From Hypanus sabinus (taxonomy: Eukaryota), in contig NC_082712.1 of the NCBI RefSeq assembly GCF_030144855.1, positions 137,082,001 through 137,146,000 on the forward strand: 64,000 bases of DNA. Direction: 5' to 3'. Numbering within the stretch: position 1 is the first letter of the stretch; every line of letters starts with the position of its first letter. Shown piece after piece: positions 48,679 through 61,523 of the stretch. Under the pieces are notes generated by a model. It saw nothing but the letters and a program-made list of their open reading frames with translations, made no database searches and was not told where the DNA came from. Position numbers and translations under genes: made by a program.

Positions 48679-50455
48679 CTAAATACAAACAGAAAAATGA
48701 GGCAAGTTTATCTTCAATCACATATTACAAGTAGAAATTAAACTGATTCAAGTTATAGTGTAAGTTTTGGCATTTTTCTCTAGCAATCCCACAAGTCAGT
48801 AGGTTGTCCAACTCCAGGATTACAGATTGATTTGTGCATTGAAGTGGATGCTGTATTGTTTGAAATCACAGATTTCAGATGAGGTATTAAACCTTCAGCA
48901 ACATAATACAAAGATACAAAATTTCTCATCAATGTTAAATATGTCCCTGGGCACTACCTTGAACATGAACATTAGTCAACATTACTAACATCTCAGCTTA
49001 GTAAAGGTTAAGTAATAGGTTGTGTCTCAGATGATAGTAACAGTGTGCACTCTTCAAAAGGGTCTTCCTTAATTGTAAAGTGCTCTGGGACATCCTAAAA
49101 GCTACTCTTTCATTTAAATCTTTCACTTAAATGGATTGGCACTGTATTATTTCCAATACTTGGCCCAAACCATTGTTACAGAATGGTTAAATGCAAAACA
49201 CATCCCTAACTCACTGATGTGCCACACTGTAAATGAGTCATCATATGGAAAGAGTTGAGGTGCTTACTCACGGGAAGTCTGGGGGCAATTAGCTTAAAAA
49301 GGATTGCATAATGTTGTATTTTCACAGCACCACAGGACTGTATTTTGATTTTATGCAAAGAATAAATTGCACCTTTAATCAATTTAGGATAAAATTGCGT
49401 TAGTGGCTGCAGATGGATGCTTTGATCTCAATGCACAACACTGATTTCAATGGTTTTCCCAACAACAAATGCACAACACTAACGTGGCTGGATTAACAAC
49501 AACTGGAGCACAAAGATCTGCACTGAGCTTTGTTGAACAATTTTGGCCCAAGATGGAGACCAGTGTACTGTTTTTGTGTTTCCTAACTACTTAAAGGTAC
49601 ATTCTGGTGGTCAAGGAAGAAGTAACTCAACAGCTTCAGAAATGACTGCATGTTACAGTAGCACAGAAGTCTAAATTACTGGATGAGAAGTTAGAAGTCT
49701 AAACTAATAATTCAGAGACCCAGGCTCAAATCTGACACAGCAACTGTGGAACAGAAATGCTGTAAATAATCTGGAAGCTAGTAAAAACAAGGCTTAGTAT
49801 TTCTAACACTAGGCTGAATTCTCCAATGTGCTCTTTGGGAGAAAACTGACATCTTTTCCTGGGCTGGTCTACGTGCGATTCCAAAGCCACCCCACGCCGT
49901 TGACTTTCAGCAGCCCTCCACAGTATCTAACAAGTTACTTTATACCAGAATCAAGTTTAATACCACTGATATATGTCACGAATTTCTTGTTTTGCAACAG
50001 CCATACAGTGCATTAAGAAATACTATAAAGTACAGTAAGAAATATCTATTAAAAATGGCTGCATGATGGTAGGGAGTGGGGACCTCAGGGCCCCATGTTT
50101 CAATTTTACAGGCTGCTTAGCCCGATTGCCAAATTTCCTTTACCTGCAGTCTGGGGTCTGCTGATTTTGACTAATCGACTGTTTTTTAAAAAATGTCTTA
50201 AGACAATATTGCTTATTGAATTACCCGTAGGATTGACTGTGGATTTCAATTGTAGAATGCTGATGAGGATACACTTGGAATATTGTGTACAATTTTGGTT
50301 ATGCTGTTATAGGAATGACACCATTAAGCTGGAAAGAATACAAAGTAAATGTACAAGGATGTTCCAAGAAAAACCTCTTTTTACTGGGTGTCTCTGTAAA
50401 TGCAGCTCGTTGGCCCCTCACTAACAGCCACTGGACTCCGCGGCAAGGAAACCAT

Positions 50456-50847
50456 GGCTACATCCACACTAGACCGGATAATTTTGAAAACGCTGGGGTT
50501 TCACATAAAAACGATATGTGTCCACACTATGCGTTTTTGAAAATATCTCTGTCCACATTGAAAGGGAGATTTTGGCGAATCTCCTCCTACTGGCCATGCG
50601 CAGGACACATCTACCAAAAACAAGCGACATGTTTGGTGTCGAATTTCGCCATAAAAGTGCGTGTTTGTATAGTTACAGACTAGAAAATTTTTAAATGACA
50701 GACAGCTGTTGGCTCTCACGCAGGACAACTTAAAAGTAAAAAAAAAACTGGAGCATAAGGAGGCAACCGACAGGAGTTCATGGACACCTATTGTTTTTAA
50801 TCAAAACTGGGGGTTTCAAAATTATCTGGTCTAGTGTGGACGTAGTC
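50456..50847. mobile_element. PIF/Harbinger-like MITE
   Basis: Long TIRs GGCTACATCCACACTAGACCGGATAATTTTGAAAAC / GTTTCAAAATTATCTGGTCTAGTGTGGACGTAGTC; TSD not resolved. Confidence 0.65.
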
Positions 50848-53800
50848 TCAGTAATATAGGAGCAAAAACATATGGGCTGCTACAGAGCTTCTCAACCCCT
50901 GAAAAGTTCAAGCAAATAGAGACTCTCCAACAGCATTTAAACCTCAAACCACTGGTCATTGCTGAAAGATATAAATTTCACCAACGGAATCAGAGCAAAA
51001 ATGAAAGCATTTCTGAATATGGTGCTGAATTGCACAAATTATCAGAATATTGTCAATTTGGAGTGGGTCTATTGGACACATTAGGGACAGGTTAGTGTGT
51101 GGCATGCACTGTGAAACCACACAGAAGCAGCTCCTGTTTGAAGAAGACCTTATATTAGAGAAAGCACTGGACATTGCAATAACATTGCAATATCATCAGA
51201 GATACAACAAAAATCTCTGGAATATGCTATGAATAAAATGTCACTGAACAGAAATGAAGGAAAGGAATGTTACCATTGTAGGAACATGTCACATAACCCT
51301 GAGGACTGTTGGATTAAAGACAAAGAATGCAGAAACTGTGGCAAACAGGGCCACATTGGCAGATTATGCAAAACTAGTAAACAGCAGAAAAAGGACAAAA
51401 TACAGAGAACAAAAAACCGCAAAAAGGAAAATACAACAATGTACACAAAATGAAAAAGCAGTTCTAATGAAACTGATTCAGACAAAAGTGAATTGTCTTG
51501 TCTGCAACTTCACAGTGTGAAAGAGACAGATGATCGAAGAGTAATATGGATCACTCCACAAGTGGCAGGCGTGAGACTGAAAATGGAGTTGGACACAGGC
51601 TCAGCTTTAACAGTCATCTCTGTACACGATTACAAATGACTGTTTTCCCACATACCTCTGAAATGAACTAAACTACTGCTAGAGACTTACACAGGACAGA
51701 GAGTACGTCCCAAAGATAAACTAAAGTGACAGTGACCTACAGAGGCAAAACACAGCAGCTGAACCTCTATGTACTGAAACATAGAAGACCACCATTACTG
51801 GGATGTGAATGGCTCAGGAAAATCCAGTTGGATTGGCACACCATCAAGGCACTAGATGTGTCAGCAAAGAAGAGCAGCAAGGCCACATCTGAGAGACTGT
51901 CACAAATACTTGCTGACTCTGAGGAAGTGTTCATGAAAGGAATAGGAACACTTCAGGGCATGAAGGCAAAGATTGAAACTGAGGAAAATGTCCAAAATTT
52001 CACAAAGTCAGACCAGTGCCATATGCAATCCGTCCTACAGTACAGATTGAGCTGAAAAATCCGGAGCAGACTGGGGTCCTGTCAAAGGTGGATTGGAGTG
52101 AATGGGCAACGCCTATTGCTTTAGTGATGAAGAAAACCAGCACAAATCCAGGAAATCCAAACAAGGTGCACATATGTGGAGACTTTAAAGTGGTTGTTAA
52201 CTCAGTTCTCTGCACAGTACAGTATCCTCTACCTCATATTGAGGACATCTTGAGAGACTTCCTACTGGTCGCTGATAGATTAGCAGCTTTTTGCAATTGC
52301 TCCTATCTTTATTACTTTACTGTTTCCAAACTGTTTTGAAACCTTTATTTTAAAAATGATATTGTTATTCTATGACTACAAGGGGTGCCAAAGGTACTAA
52401 AAAAGAAGATTCCCCTGCATCTTAAGAATTATGGAGCTGCTTCGAAAACACAGAAAAGAATCTTCCACTGAAATTAAACAATTAGTTGCAAAATTGGATT
52501 CTATTCAAAAGACCTTAACTGAACATGATAAAAGAAGAGAATGAAGCAACGCTGACAATTTTGGATGTGAAAATTGATGACCTGCAAAAGCTTTGTGAAA
52601 AACAATCAAATTCTAATAAAAATTAAGACAGAAGATTATCGATTTAGAAAATGGAAGCAGAAGAAATAACCTATGAATTCCGGGCCTTGAAGAGTTAACG
52701 GAAGGTGATCAGCCTACAGAATTCTTTGCAAGCAGTTTGATACAATTATTTCCTAAAATTTTATCATCTTTACCTATGATTGATCAAGCTCATAGATGGC
52801 CTGTGCCCAGACCAGCTCCAGGAGCAAGACCCAGAACAGTAATAATCTGTTTTAATGAATTTCAGACAAAGGATCTTTTAATTCGTGAATCCCGTTGAAG
52901 AGGAATGATTGATTTTAATGGCCAGAAGATAAGAATTGTCAAGGATTTTTCACCCGAGGTCATGAATGAGCATGCTAAGTTCAAAATGTTACGTCGGAAC
53001 ATTTCAACTACGGTTTAAACCCTTCTCTTCGTTATCTTGCTCGGCTCAGAACTATACTGAAGGATGGCTATAAGAAACGGTTCCATTCGACTGAAGAAGC
53101 CCAGGAATTTTGGAATCTATAGATTGACTGTTCAGTATCTTTCTACATGAATAATTGCTTCTTTTACTTTTGGTAAACCTTTGTAGCTAACTCTCTTTTC
53201 AAACCTTTTAATGCTTAACTTAGAGAATAAGATTTTAACCAGTTAATACTTTGTGTGTTCATATGTTTTGAATTTTGATAGGTTTTGAATTATTTTATAT
53301 TATACTTATTCTTCTTGAGGCTTTTCTTCTATCAATAAGGCTTAGTATGAGTATTTTTCATTTTATTATTTTGAAACTGTAATAATTAATCTATATGTGT
53401 TCTTGTTATGAGGGCAAAGTTTTGTCTCTGTTGTTTTGTCTAGGTTGGAATGCAGCCAACTTTCAAATCAATTTGGAGCTAAACCAGTAGGTTTTTTTTG
53501 GTGGGATGTCAACATTAGGTGTAGCTGTCAACTGTCTACTGGTCAACCTTCTGACTTTGGGAGGAGGGTGTCTGGATGGATTTTTCTTCTGGAAGCTGTT
53601 TTGGACTCTCAGCCAAATCTGTTGCTTGGTTACTCTATCTCAAGGTTCTCTGTTTGGTTTTAAAACACATTCAATGATTATTACTTTCTTTCTTGTAAAT
53701 AGTACTAAAAATGGCTCAGACTATTAACTTACTTAGTCTTAACATGAAAGGGTTAAATCACCCTGTGAAACGTAATAAGATATTTGCCTATATTAAAAAA

Positions 53801-54609
53801 CTTAGGATCCCAATTTTTTTTAAACAAGAAACTCACATATGTAAATGTGACAATTTACACCTTTTTAGCTGATGGAGAGAGCTTCATTTTCATTCCTCTT
53901 TTCAGGCTAAGTCTAGGGGAATTTCAGTCTTTATAGATAATATAGTTCCATATGTCCAACATAAATTAGTGTCTGATACTAATGGGCATTTTTTTATAGT
54001 GTCAGGAAAATTAGATAATAAATTAATGGTATTTGCTCACCTGTATGCCCTGAATATAGATGATCCAGGATTCTTTGAGTGTTTTATTTTCGTTTCTGCC
54101 AGATTTGAGTCTTTACTCATTGGTGATGGGAGGAGATTTTAATTGCTGCTTAGATCCAGTTTTAGATCAGTCATCTTCCAAACCAGCGACAACTCATCAG
54201 CTTTTTTTCACTCAATCTTTCCCAATGAAATGTGATATTGTTGATGTCTGGCATTTCTTACATCCAGTAAACAGGGAGTATTCAGTTGTCTCTCATGTCC
54301 ATCATACATATTCCAGGATTGATTTTTTTTAATTGATAGCCAAATGATTCCATTAGTTTGATCCTGTGAATATAAAGAGTTGCTGTCTCAGCTCATGCTC
54401 CTGTGTTTTTGTCTTTAAATCTCCCTGGCCTCCCTCAAATAAACAGACTTTGGCGTTTTAATCTAACTTTACTATCTGATAAGGATTTTTTAAAGTTTCT
54501 GGAGAGACAAATTATTCTGTATTTTTTAAGAGAATATGCTGCAAGAGACTTCTAGTGTTATTATATGGGATGCCTTCAAGGCCTATATTAGAGGACAAAT
54601 TATTTCTTA

Positions 54610-55177
54610 TGTAACGCTCACGCGACCGGCTGGTGTATATCTAGGGGTGGATTCATTCACTCGCCAAACCGCGCCTCTCATACATGTGGATGCTGTGAAA
54701 TACATGCTAATACAAACTCGCAAATATCAAGCACACACCAGGTACGTTTACAGAGTACACTTTATAAATCTTACTAGAACTAAGTGATTAATAATGATAC
54801 AATATATATGAAGGGAAAGAAAATGAAGAAAAGGCATCAAAACTTATCAGTCAATTAGTGCACATCATTGGAGATCAACCATTGAGTCTTCCGACCATTC
54901 TTCGATCTTCTCCAAACTCCATGACCCGTGCACCTGGGACCACCCTCGGTGATCAACCAGCCGTGCTGCACCAGTCTGCCTTCCTTGCAGTCTCCTTCCT
55001 GACTCCCAAAAGTCCACGCAATCACAGCTCCCAGGCTCGTAAGAGAAAATAACATCCAACCCAGTTGATTAACAAATGAATACAATCCCCATTATCAGTA
55101 ACTTTAACCCAAATGAGTTTCAAGAAGCTTTGAGAGTGCTTTGCAAGAAAAGCACTCTCTCACCAGTTAGCATAACA
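54610..55177. mobile_element. Probable solo LTR inside the L1
   Basis: TGTAAC...ATAACA termini interrupting ORF2; no matching TSD found. Confidence 0.55.
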
Positions 55178-56987
55178 ATGAAGCGTTTTTACTTTTAACA
55201 AAGTAGACATTTTGATTAACATACGTAGTATACTTATATTGCAAGTATGCAGAAAAAAGTTAATAAAGAGAGAATTGATTTAGCTAATCAGTTGAAACAA
55301 TTAGATCAAATATATGTCTTGGCTTCATATCCTATTTCATATATAAAAGGCATGTAGAAATTAAAAATAAATATAATTTTCTTTTAACATATCCAATTGA
55401 AACTCAACTCCTAAAAGATAAAAAGTCAATTTTATATTCATGGACACAAAACAGGTAAATTATTGGCTAACCAATTAAAAACCTTTCTAGCTAAATGGCA
55501 AATTAAAGAAATTTGTAAAGTTAACGGTGATAGGACAACTGACCATTTGTAAGTAAATGATACCTTTATAGAATTTTATTCTAAACTTTATAGTTCTGAC
55601 TCTCCTAATGATAATACTGTAATGAATAATTTTTAGATCAATTAAACATTCCTAACCTTTATGTTGATAACTAAAAATAGTTGGGTCAACCTATTTATTA
55701 TGAGGAAATTGCCGAGGCTGTACGTTCATTGCACTCGGGGAAGGTTCTGGGTCCTGATGGATTTTCTGGAGAATTTTATAAGGCTTTTTTCTCACTGCTT
55801 ATACCTCATTTATGTTCAGCCTTTTTGGATTCCTTTAAGTTGGGTAGGTTATTCTTTTTTATGAAGCTTCTATTTTGCTTGTTCTTAAAAAGAATAAGAA
55901 CCCAACTGAATGCTCTCCATATAGACCAATTTCCTTACTTAATGTTGATATTAAAATCTTATCCAAAGTTCTGGCTCATAGGATTGAAAATATTTTACCA
56001 TCTATCATTTCTGATGATCAGACTGGATTCATTAAAATTCGATATTCCCACGTTAATATTAATTGTTTATTAAATGTTATCTATTCTCCTTCTGAAGAGA
56101 TATCAGAATGTGTGATATCCTTAGATGTTGAGAAAGCTTTTGACTGGGTTGAATGGAATTATTTATTTAAAACCTTAATTTTGGGCCCGATTTCATTCAA
56201 TGGATTCAATGGATTTATCTCTCTCTGGTCAGGTTATTACTAATTTTAAGAATTCCAAACCATTTAAACTTCAGCATGGAACAAGACAAGGCTGTCCTTT
56301 GAGCCCTTTGCTCTTTGATCTGGCCTTAGAACCCTTAGCCATTGCTTTTCAAGAGTCTAGTGAATCTAAAATATCACTGATATTTTAAGGAGAGTTACTA
56401 CCCACAACATTTTGCTCTAAGCTGATGACCTATTGCTTTCTATTTCTAATGTCGAGACTTCATTATCTCCTGTTCTTTCTTTACTCTCCTGTTTCAGCTA
56501 TTTTTCAGGATATAAACTGAATTTTGCTTAAGAGTGAACTTTTTCCTTTGAATAATTTGGTATCAAATAATACTAACCTTCCTTTTAAAATTGTAAGAAA
56601 TCAATTTACCTATTTGGGTGTAACAGTTACTAAGAATTATAAACACCAACTTCAAGATTACTTTCTTACCCTACTGAATTATGTAAAAAGGGCACCATCA
56701 AATTGGTCGCCCCTCTCATTATCGTTGACTGGCCAAATTAATTCTACTAAAATGAATATCTTACCTATATTTATAGAACTTTTTCAGGCCTTATCCCTTT
56801 TCAGTCCTAAACACTTTTTTGATTCTCTTTATTCTATTCTAACTTTTGGTATATGGAAAAACAAACATTCCCGACTAAATAAAGTTCATCTTCAAAAGCT
56901 AAAAAGAATGGAGATTTAGCTTTACCAAATTTTAGGTTTTATCACTGGGCAGTCAATATATGAAATCTTACGTTTTGGTCATACTAG

Positions 56988-59192
56988 TGTAAAGGGGGTT
57001 TCTTCTTTTTCTTTTTTACTGTGTTATATTAATCAAAATGGCTTCTTTGTTTTGTTAAAAGCAGGAATGCTTCTTTGTTGCGAGAGAGTGCTGGAAGCTT
57101 GCTTGGGTTAAAATTTACTGATAACGAGAATTGTATTGCTTTGTAAACCAATTGGGATTAATGTTGTTCTTTCTTCTGAGTCTGTAAGCTATTGGTGGCG
57201 GGCTTTTGGGGAGATCGGCCCGAGGGGGTGAGAGAGAGAGGATGCATTGCTGTAAACTGGATGAGGAACGGACGGCAAGCAGGGGTCCAAGGCCAGGAGG
57301 TACCCCGAGGAGAGGAGACGAAGATAGATGTGCTTGGTCGACCACTTCGGGTGGTCCTGAGCTGCGAGTCGAGGAGTTTGGAGGGGATTGAATGGTGGCC
57401 AGACGACTTCAGTAATTGAGCTCCAACGATTGTGCACGAAGTGGTTTGGACTTTGATAAGTTTGGTGCCTTTTCTTTATTTTATTTTCCTTCATGTATAC
57501 TGTATCATTATTAATTACTTAGTTATAGTAATCTTTATAAACTGTAATCATTTAATCGCATATTGTGTCCTGTTTGTTCTTTGGCAAGGCGGGAACATCA
57601 CACAGCATCCACACAAGCTGATTACCCAGTTTGGCGGGGCCGAAGGCTGCTCCCCCTAGACGAGAACGAGCTGAGCGAGCCTGAGGCGACCCAGGGGGCT
57701 ACATTGTGGGGACTCATCCGGGATTGATTGCTCTCTTTAAATTATGTCTGCGGCGAAGAGCTGGTGTGCCTTTGCGGGTGTGCGATTGCCAGTTATCTCT
57801 GCATGTGTGTTGGGTGGGGTGGCTGTTGATGCCCCATAGGGTGTTGTTCAGGTTCCGACTAGCATTGACAAAATGGTGGTGGGGCCATGGGCTGTCCATG
57901 CTGTTAAGAGAGCGGGGAAGGACTGGTGGGTATGTTCCAGCTATGGTGGGCTCCGTCCGGTTGTTGGAATAATGTCCCACCCTAAAGGGGCGGAGGCATG
58001 CGTGGAGCGGACCTCTCAGTTGTTGGGTGAGTGGCAGTGCTTGGCTAAGGGAAAGCGACAGGGATTGGTTGAAAGTTTGAGTAGGCGAGCTGGTGACATT
58101 GTTAGAACTGTCGGGCGCAATTGCCTCGAAGTGACAGCTGCCAGTTCTGGGAAAGTGTGGGAAAATGCATTTGGCTCGACTGGAAGTCAAATGCTGCAGC
58201 TTGGGGGCTTACCATATACGTGGCAGGAGATTGGGGGGAAGTTTTTAGGGTATCCCTTTTGGCTGGGGGGCAGATAAATTGCTTGCGGTGCCAGGGGGGT
58301 CTGTCAAGGGGATCAACTCCTCCCTCAGTTGTTCAGTTGATCCAAGAAATGTCGGGAAACTTAGAGGAGGCCCAGTGGGGGAATGGCTTGGGGCCTCTGG
58401 GGGAGCACATTTCCAGCAATTTACCAAGGAACTTCCGAAAGGAACAGACCCTAATCCTGAAGGCTAGAGGGACCACGCAGTCAGGTGTCGTTACGGATGG
58501 ATGGAAGCCAAGTTAAAGCCATCCTCGACATCAAGGCACCAGTTAAGTTGCTGTACAGTTTGTTTTATAACCGTTATTGGAAGCATTTACCCTTGACGAC
58601 ATTGAGGGCACTGGAGATTTGGAGTACTAGTGCCGGTGATTATCCAGACGATGGTTGTTGGTCAGTGAAAATGGAGTTCTTAGAGGCAAATGTGGGGGTG
58701 ACTGAGGTTCGTAAATCGTTAATGCTGATGTGTCCGGACACTGATGAGACAGGAAGCGTTTCGGTTCTGGAGAGAACCAATACCCTGCTGGTGCGCTTGG
58801 GGGCTTGCCCGGAGGAGGGGGGTGAGTGTTGTTTGGAGGCATTGTCGATGCACCCAGAGTTTCGAGCTGCTTGTGCGGACGTGTGTAGCAGCATTGGGCT
58901 GGTACTGAATTGAAACAAGAGCCGGTGGTGGTACGGCCTGGGGGAAGTATCTGAGGGTGAGACCCTCTTAGTGGACACTGTGAAATACCACAAGGGAGGG
59001 GAGTTGACCGCTGAAGGCACCTCGGTGAGAGAGAGGTTGCGACAACTGGCCCCTACAGCCATTTGTTCTTTGGCAAGGCAGGGACATCACACAGCATCCA
59101 CACAAGCTGATTACCTAGTTTGGCGGGGCCGAAGGCTGCTCCCCCTAGATGAGAACGAGCTGAGCGAGCCTAAGGCGACCCAGGGGGTTACA
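56988..59192 (+). mobile_element. Internally deleted LTR retroelement (Gypsy-like) inside the L1
   Basis: 5' LTR 56988-57703 (TGTAAAGG...GGCTACA); tRNA-Pro-like PBS GTGGGGACTCATCCGGGAT; gag and protease remnants; partial 3' LTR about 59065-59192; flanks CTAG/CTAT. Confidence 0.8.
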
Positions 59193-60350
59193 CTATATCG
59201 TGAGGACCGTCTGGTATGGGTTTTTTAGAAGCTAATTCTGTTAATAAATTTTCTATCATTTCTCTTCTTGGATCCTCACTTCCTTTATCTTTAAGTAAAC
59301 TAACTGACAATTTGGTAGCTAAACGTACTTTGAGGATCTGGGTACAATTTAGGAAATACTTTGGTACACTGAGATTTTCTCTTTCAAGTCCCATTTTTTT
59401 CTAATTATTTTTTTAAACCTTCTACAACTGATCCAGTTTTTGAAGAATGGGATAGATTGGGTATTAAATGCTTCCAGGATCTGTTTGTTGGAGGATGTCT
59501 CTTTTAGTTTGAGCAATTGTCAGCTAAATACAGCCTATGAAAAACCCACTTTTATTATTATCTACAAATTAGAGACTTTCTGCGATCTCAATTATATATA
59601 TTTCCTAAAAGTCCCGATAAGAACTTATTAGATGTAATTTCTAATTTGAAACCTTTTCAAAATGGTTCAATATCCAATATTTATGGCATGTTGCTCGGAA
59701 TGAGAAATGTGCCTTTAGATAAAATTAAAAATCTGTTGGAACAAGATTTACAGATTTCAAAATCTGAGGAAACTTGGATTGGAATTGTTAAATCGGTTAA
59801 CCCTTCATCGTTATGTGCCCACCACTCTCTCCTACAATTTAAACTGGTTCAAAGGGCTCACATGACCAAGGATAAGCTATCTTGTTTTTATTCGGATATA
59901 TCTCCCTATTGTGATAGATGTAACAATGGAGAAGCTTCACTAATTCATGTTTTGGACATGTCTGAATCTTAAAAAATACTGGAAGGATGTATTCCAAACT
60001 TTCTCTGTGGTTTTCAAAGTAAATTTTAAGCCTAACCCTTTGACTGCCTTATTCAGTTTTGTTGGAGGAAAAGATATTAATTTGGAGACATCTGATTTGC
60101 ACATTTTGGCTTTTATTTCTCTTATAGCTGGGAGGGCGCTCTTGCTTAAATGGAAGGATGCTGTTCCACCTACTCACGGTCAATGGTTACGTGATGTTAT
60201 GTCATGCTTAAATCTAGAGAAGATCCTTTGTTCAATTTCTGAATCTAGTGAAGACTTTCAAACATTGTGGGGACCATTTCTGAACTATTTTCAAAACCTT
60301 TGATTTGCTATTAAAGTACAGATATTGGCTAATAACATATTTCATTATAT

Positions 60351-61523
60351 TAGTGGTCACCAAACTTTTTAAGCCCAAGATCTCCTCCCTCGGCCTTAGT
60401 AAAAGGCAAGATCAACCCCAGATCAATTAGTTACACGCATGCTCACCGGGGCAGAAAAGTCCGGAAGTAGAAATAATGTATAAACACCAGGGGTAGCCAC
60501 TCTTTTTGTGCACCGTGGACCGGTTTAATATTGACAATATTCTTGTGGACCGGCCGACGGGTGGGGGGGGGGGGGGGGAGAGTGTTAAACACCACGAGAA
60601 TACAGCGATACTCGAAGCAGGTTCCTTATGTCCAGTCTATTCTGCAATTTAGTTTTCATAGCTCTCAGCACTTAGCTGCTGTCCTGTGCTGCTCATGTTT
60701 TTTCCGCTGAAAAAATTCAATGAGTTTGTCTTTAAGTACTGGATGCTTGGACTCAGGGTACCAAAGCAGTTTTGAGTGCTTCATTGCCTCATTGGACAGC
60801 CTCCAGGCCTGAACTCCAGCTTCCCGTCCGTCTGCTGCCAGACGCCTTGGCCAGGTGCGGCTGGTCGTGGGTGGGGTGAGAGGACAAGGTCAGGGCCGCA
60901 GGTCCCCGTGCCGGGGCCGCGGCGGTCGCAGTCCAGAGAGAGCAACTGACTGAGCGAGGAGTGCAACAGGGCGCCCGCCCGCACCCCCTGTAGGATCTAT
61001 CGGCCGACAAAAGTTTGTTTCAGTAGATCGCAGCAAGGTAGCTGCTCTGATACTTATGAAACGCTGAGTCCGAATTAGGTCATCTGCGAATATTTTTGCA
61101 CCAGATTCCCCACGAACATTCAGTGTGTTAAACAGGTTTAGTGGCAGCGCTCTAGGCCAGTAGTGATGGCACATCCTGCCAGCCGCCCGAGGCCAACTGG
61201 TGATCGCTGGCGCGAGAGTTTAGGCGACTGATGACCTTCCATGGGTTCAAGTTCAAAATGTGCATGACAGAGAATGAGGAAAGGTGCAGCTGACTCCTAT
61301 CGTTTCCTCGCGGCCTGGTGGTTGAGGGCCACTGAAGTACACTGTGTAGTGTGGGGGAGCTACACGCATGCACACTGGGCAGAAAGAATGGAACTAAAAC
61401 CCCGCAACCCAGAAACAATCTCAACAGAATTTGTGTATTTATTTTTCTTTTTTTTTCGGGATCTGCTGGGAAAGTCTAAATAAATCAACTAGTCGATCGT
61501 GATCGATGGGTTGGCGACCACTA
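60351..61523. mobile_element. Non-autonomous hAT element inside the L1 3' UTR
   Basis: TIRs TAGTGGTCACCAAAC / GGTTGGCGACCACTA; 8-bp flanks CATTATAT and CACTACAT match at 6 of 8. Confidence 0.75.

Noticed and set aside
48958-50178. Candidate leader exons for the main gene (48958-48996, about 49268-49337, 50144-50178)
   Set aside because: None encodes an ATG-initiated hydrophobic signal peptide of adequate length.
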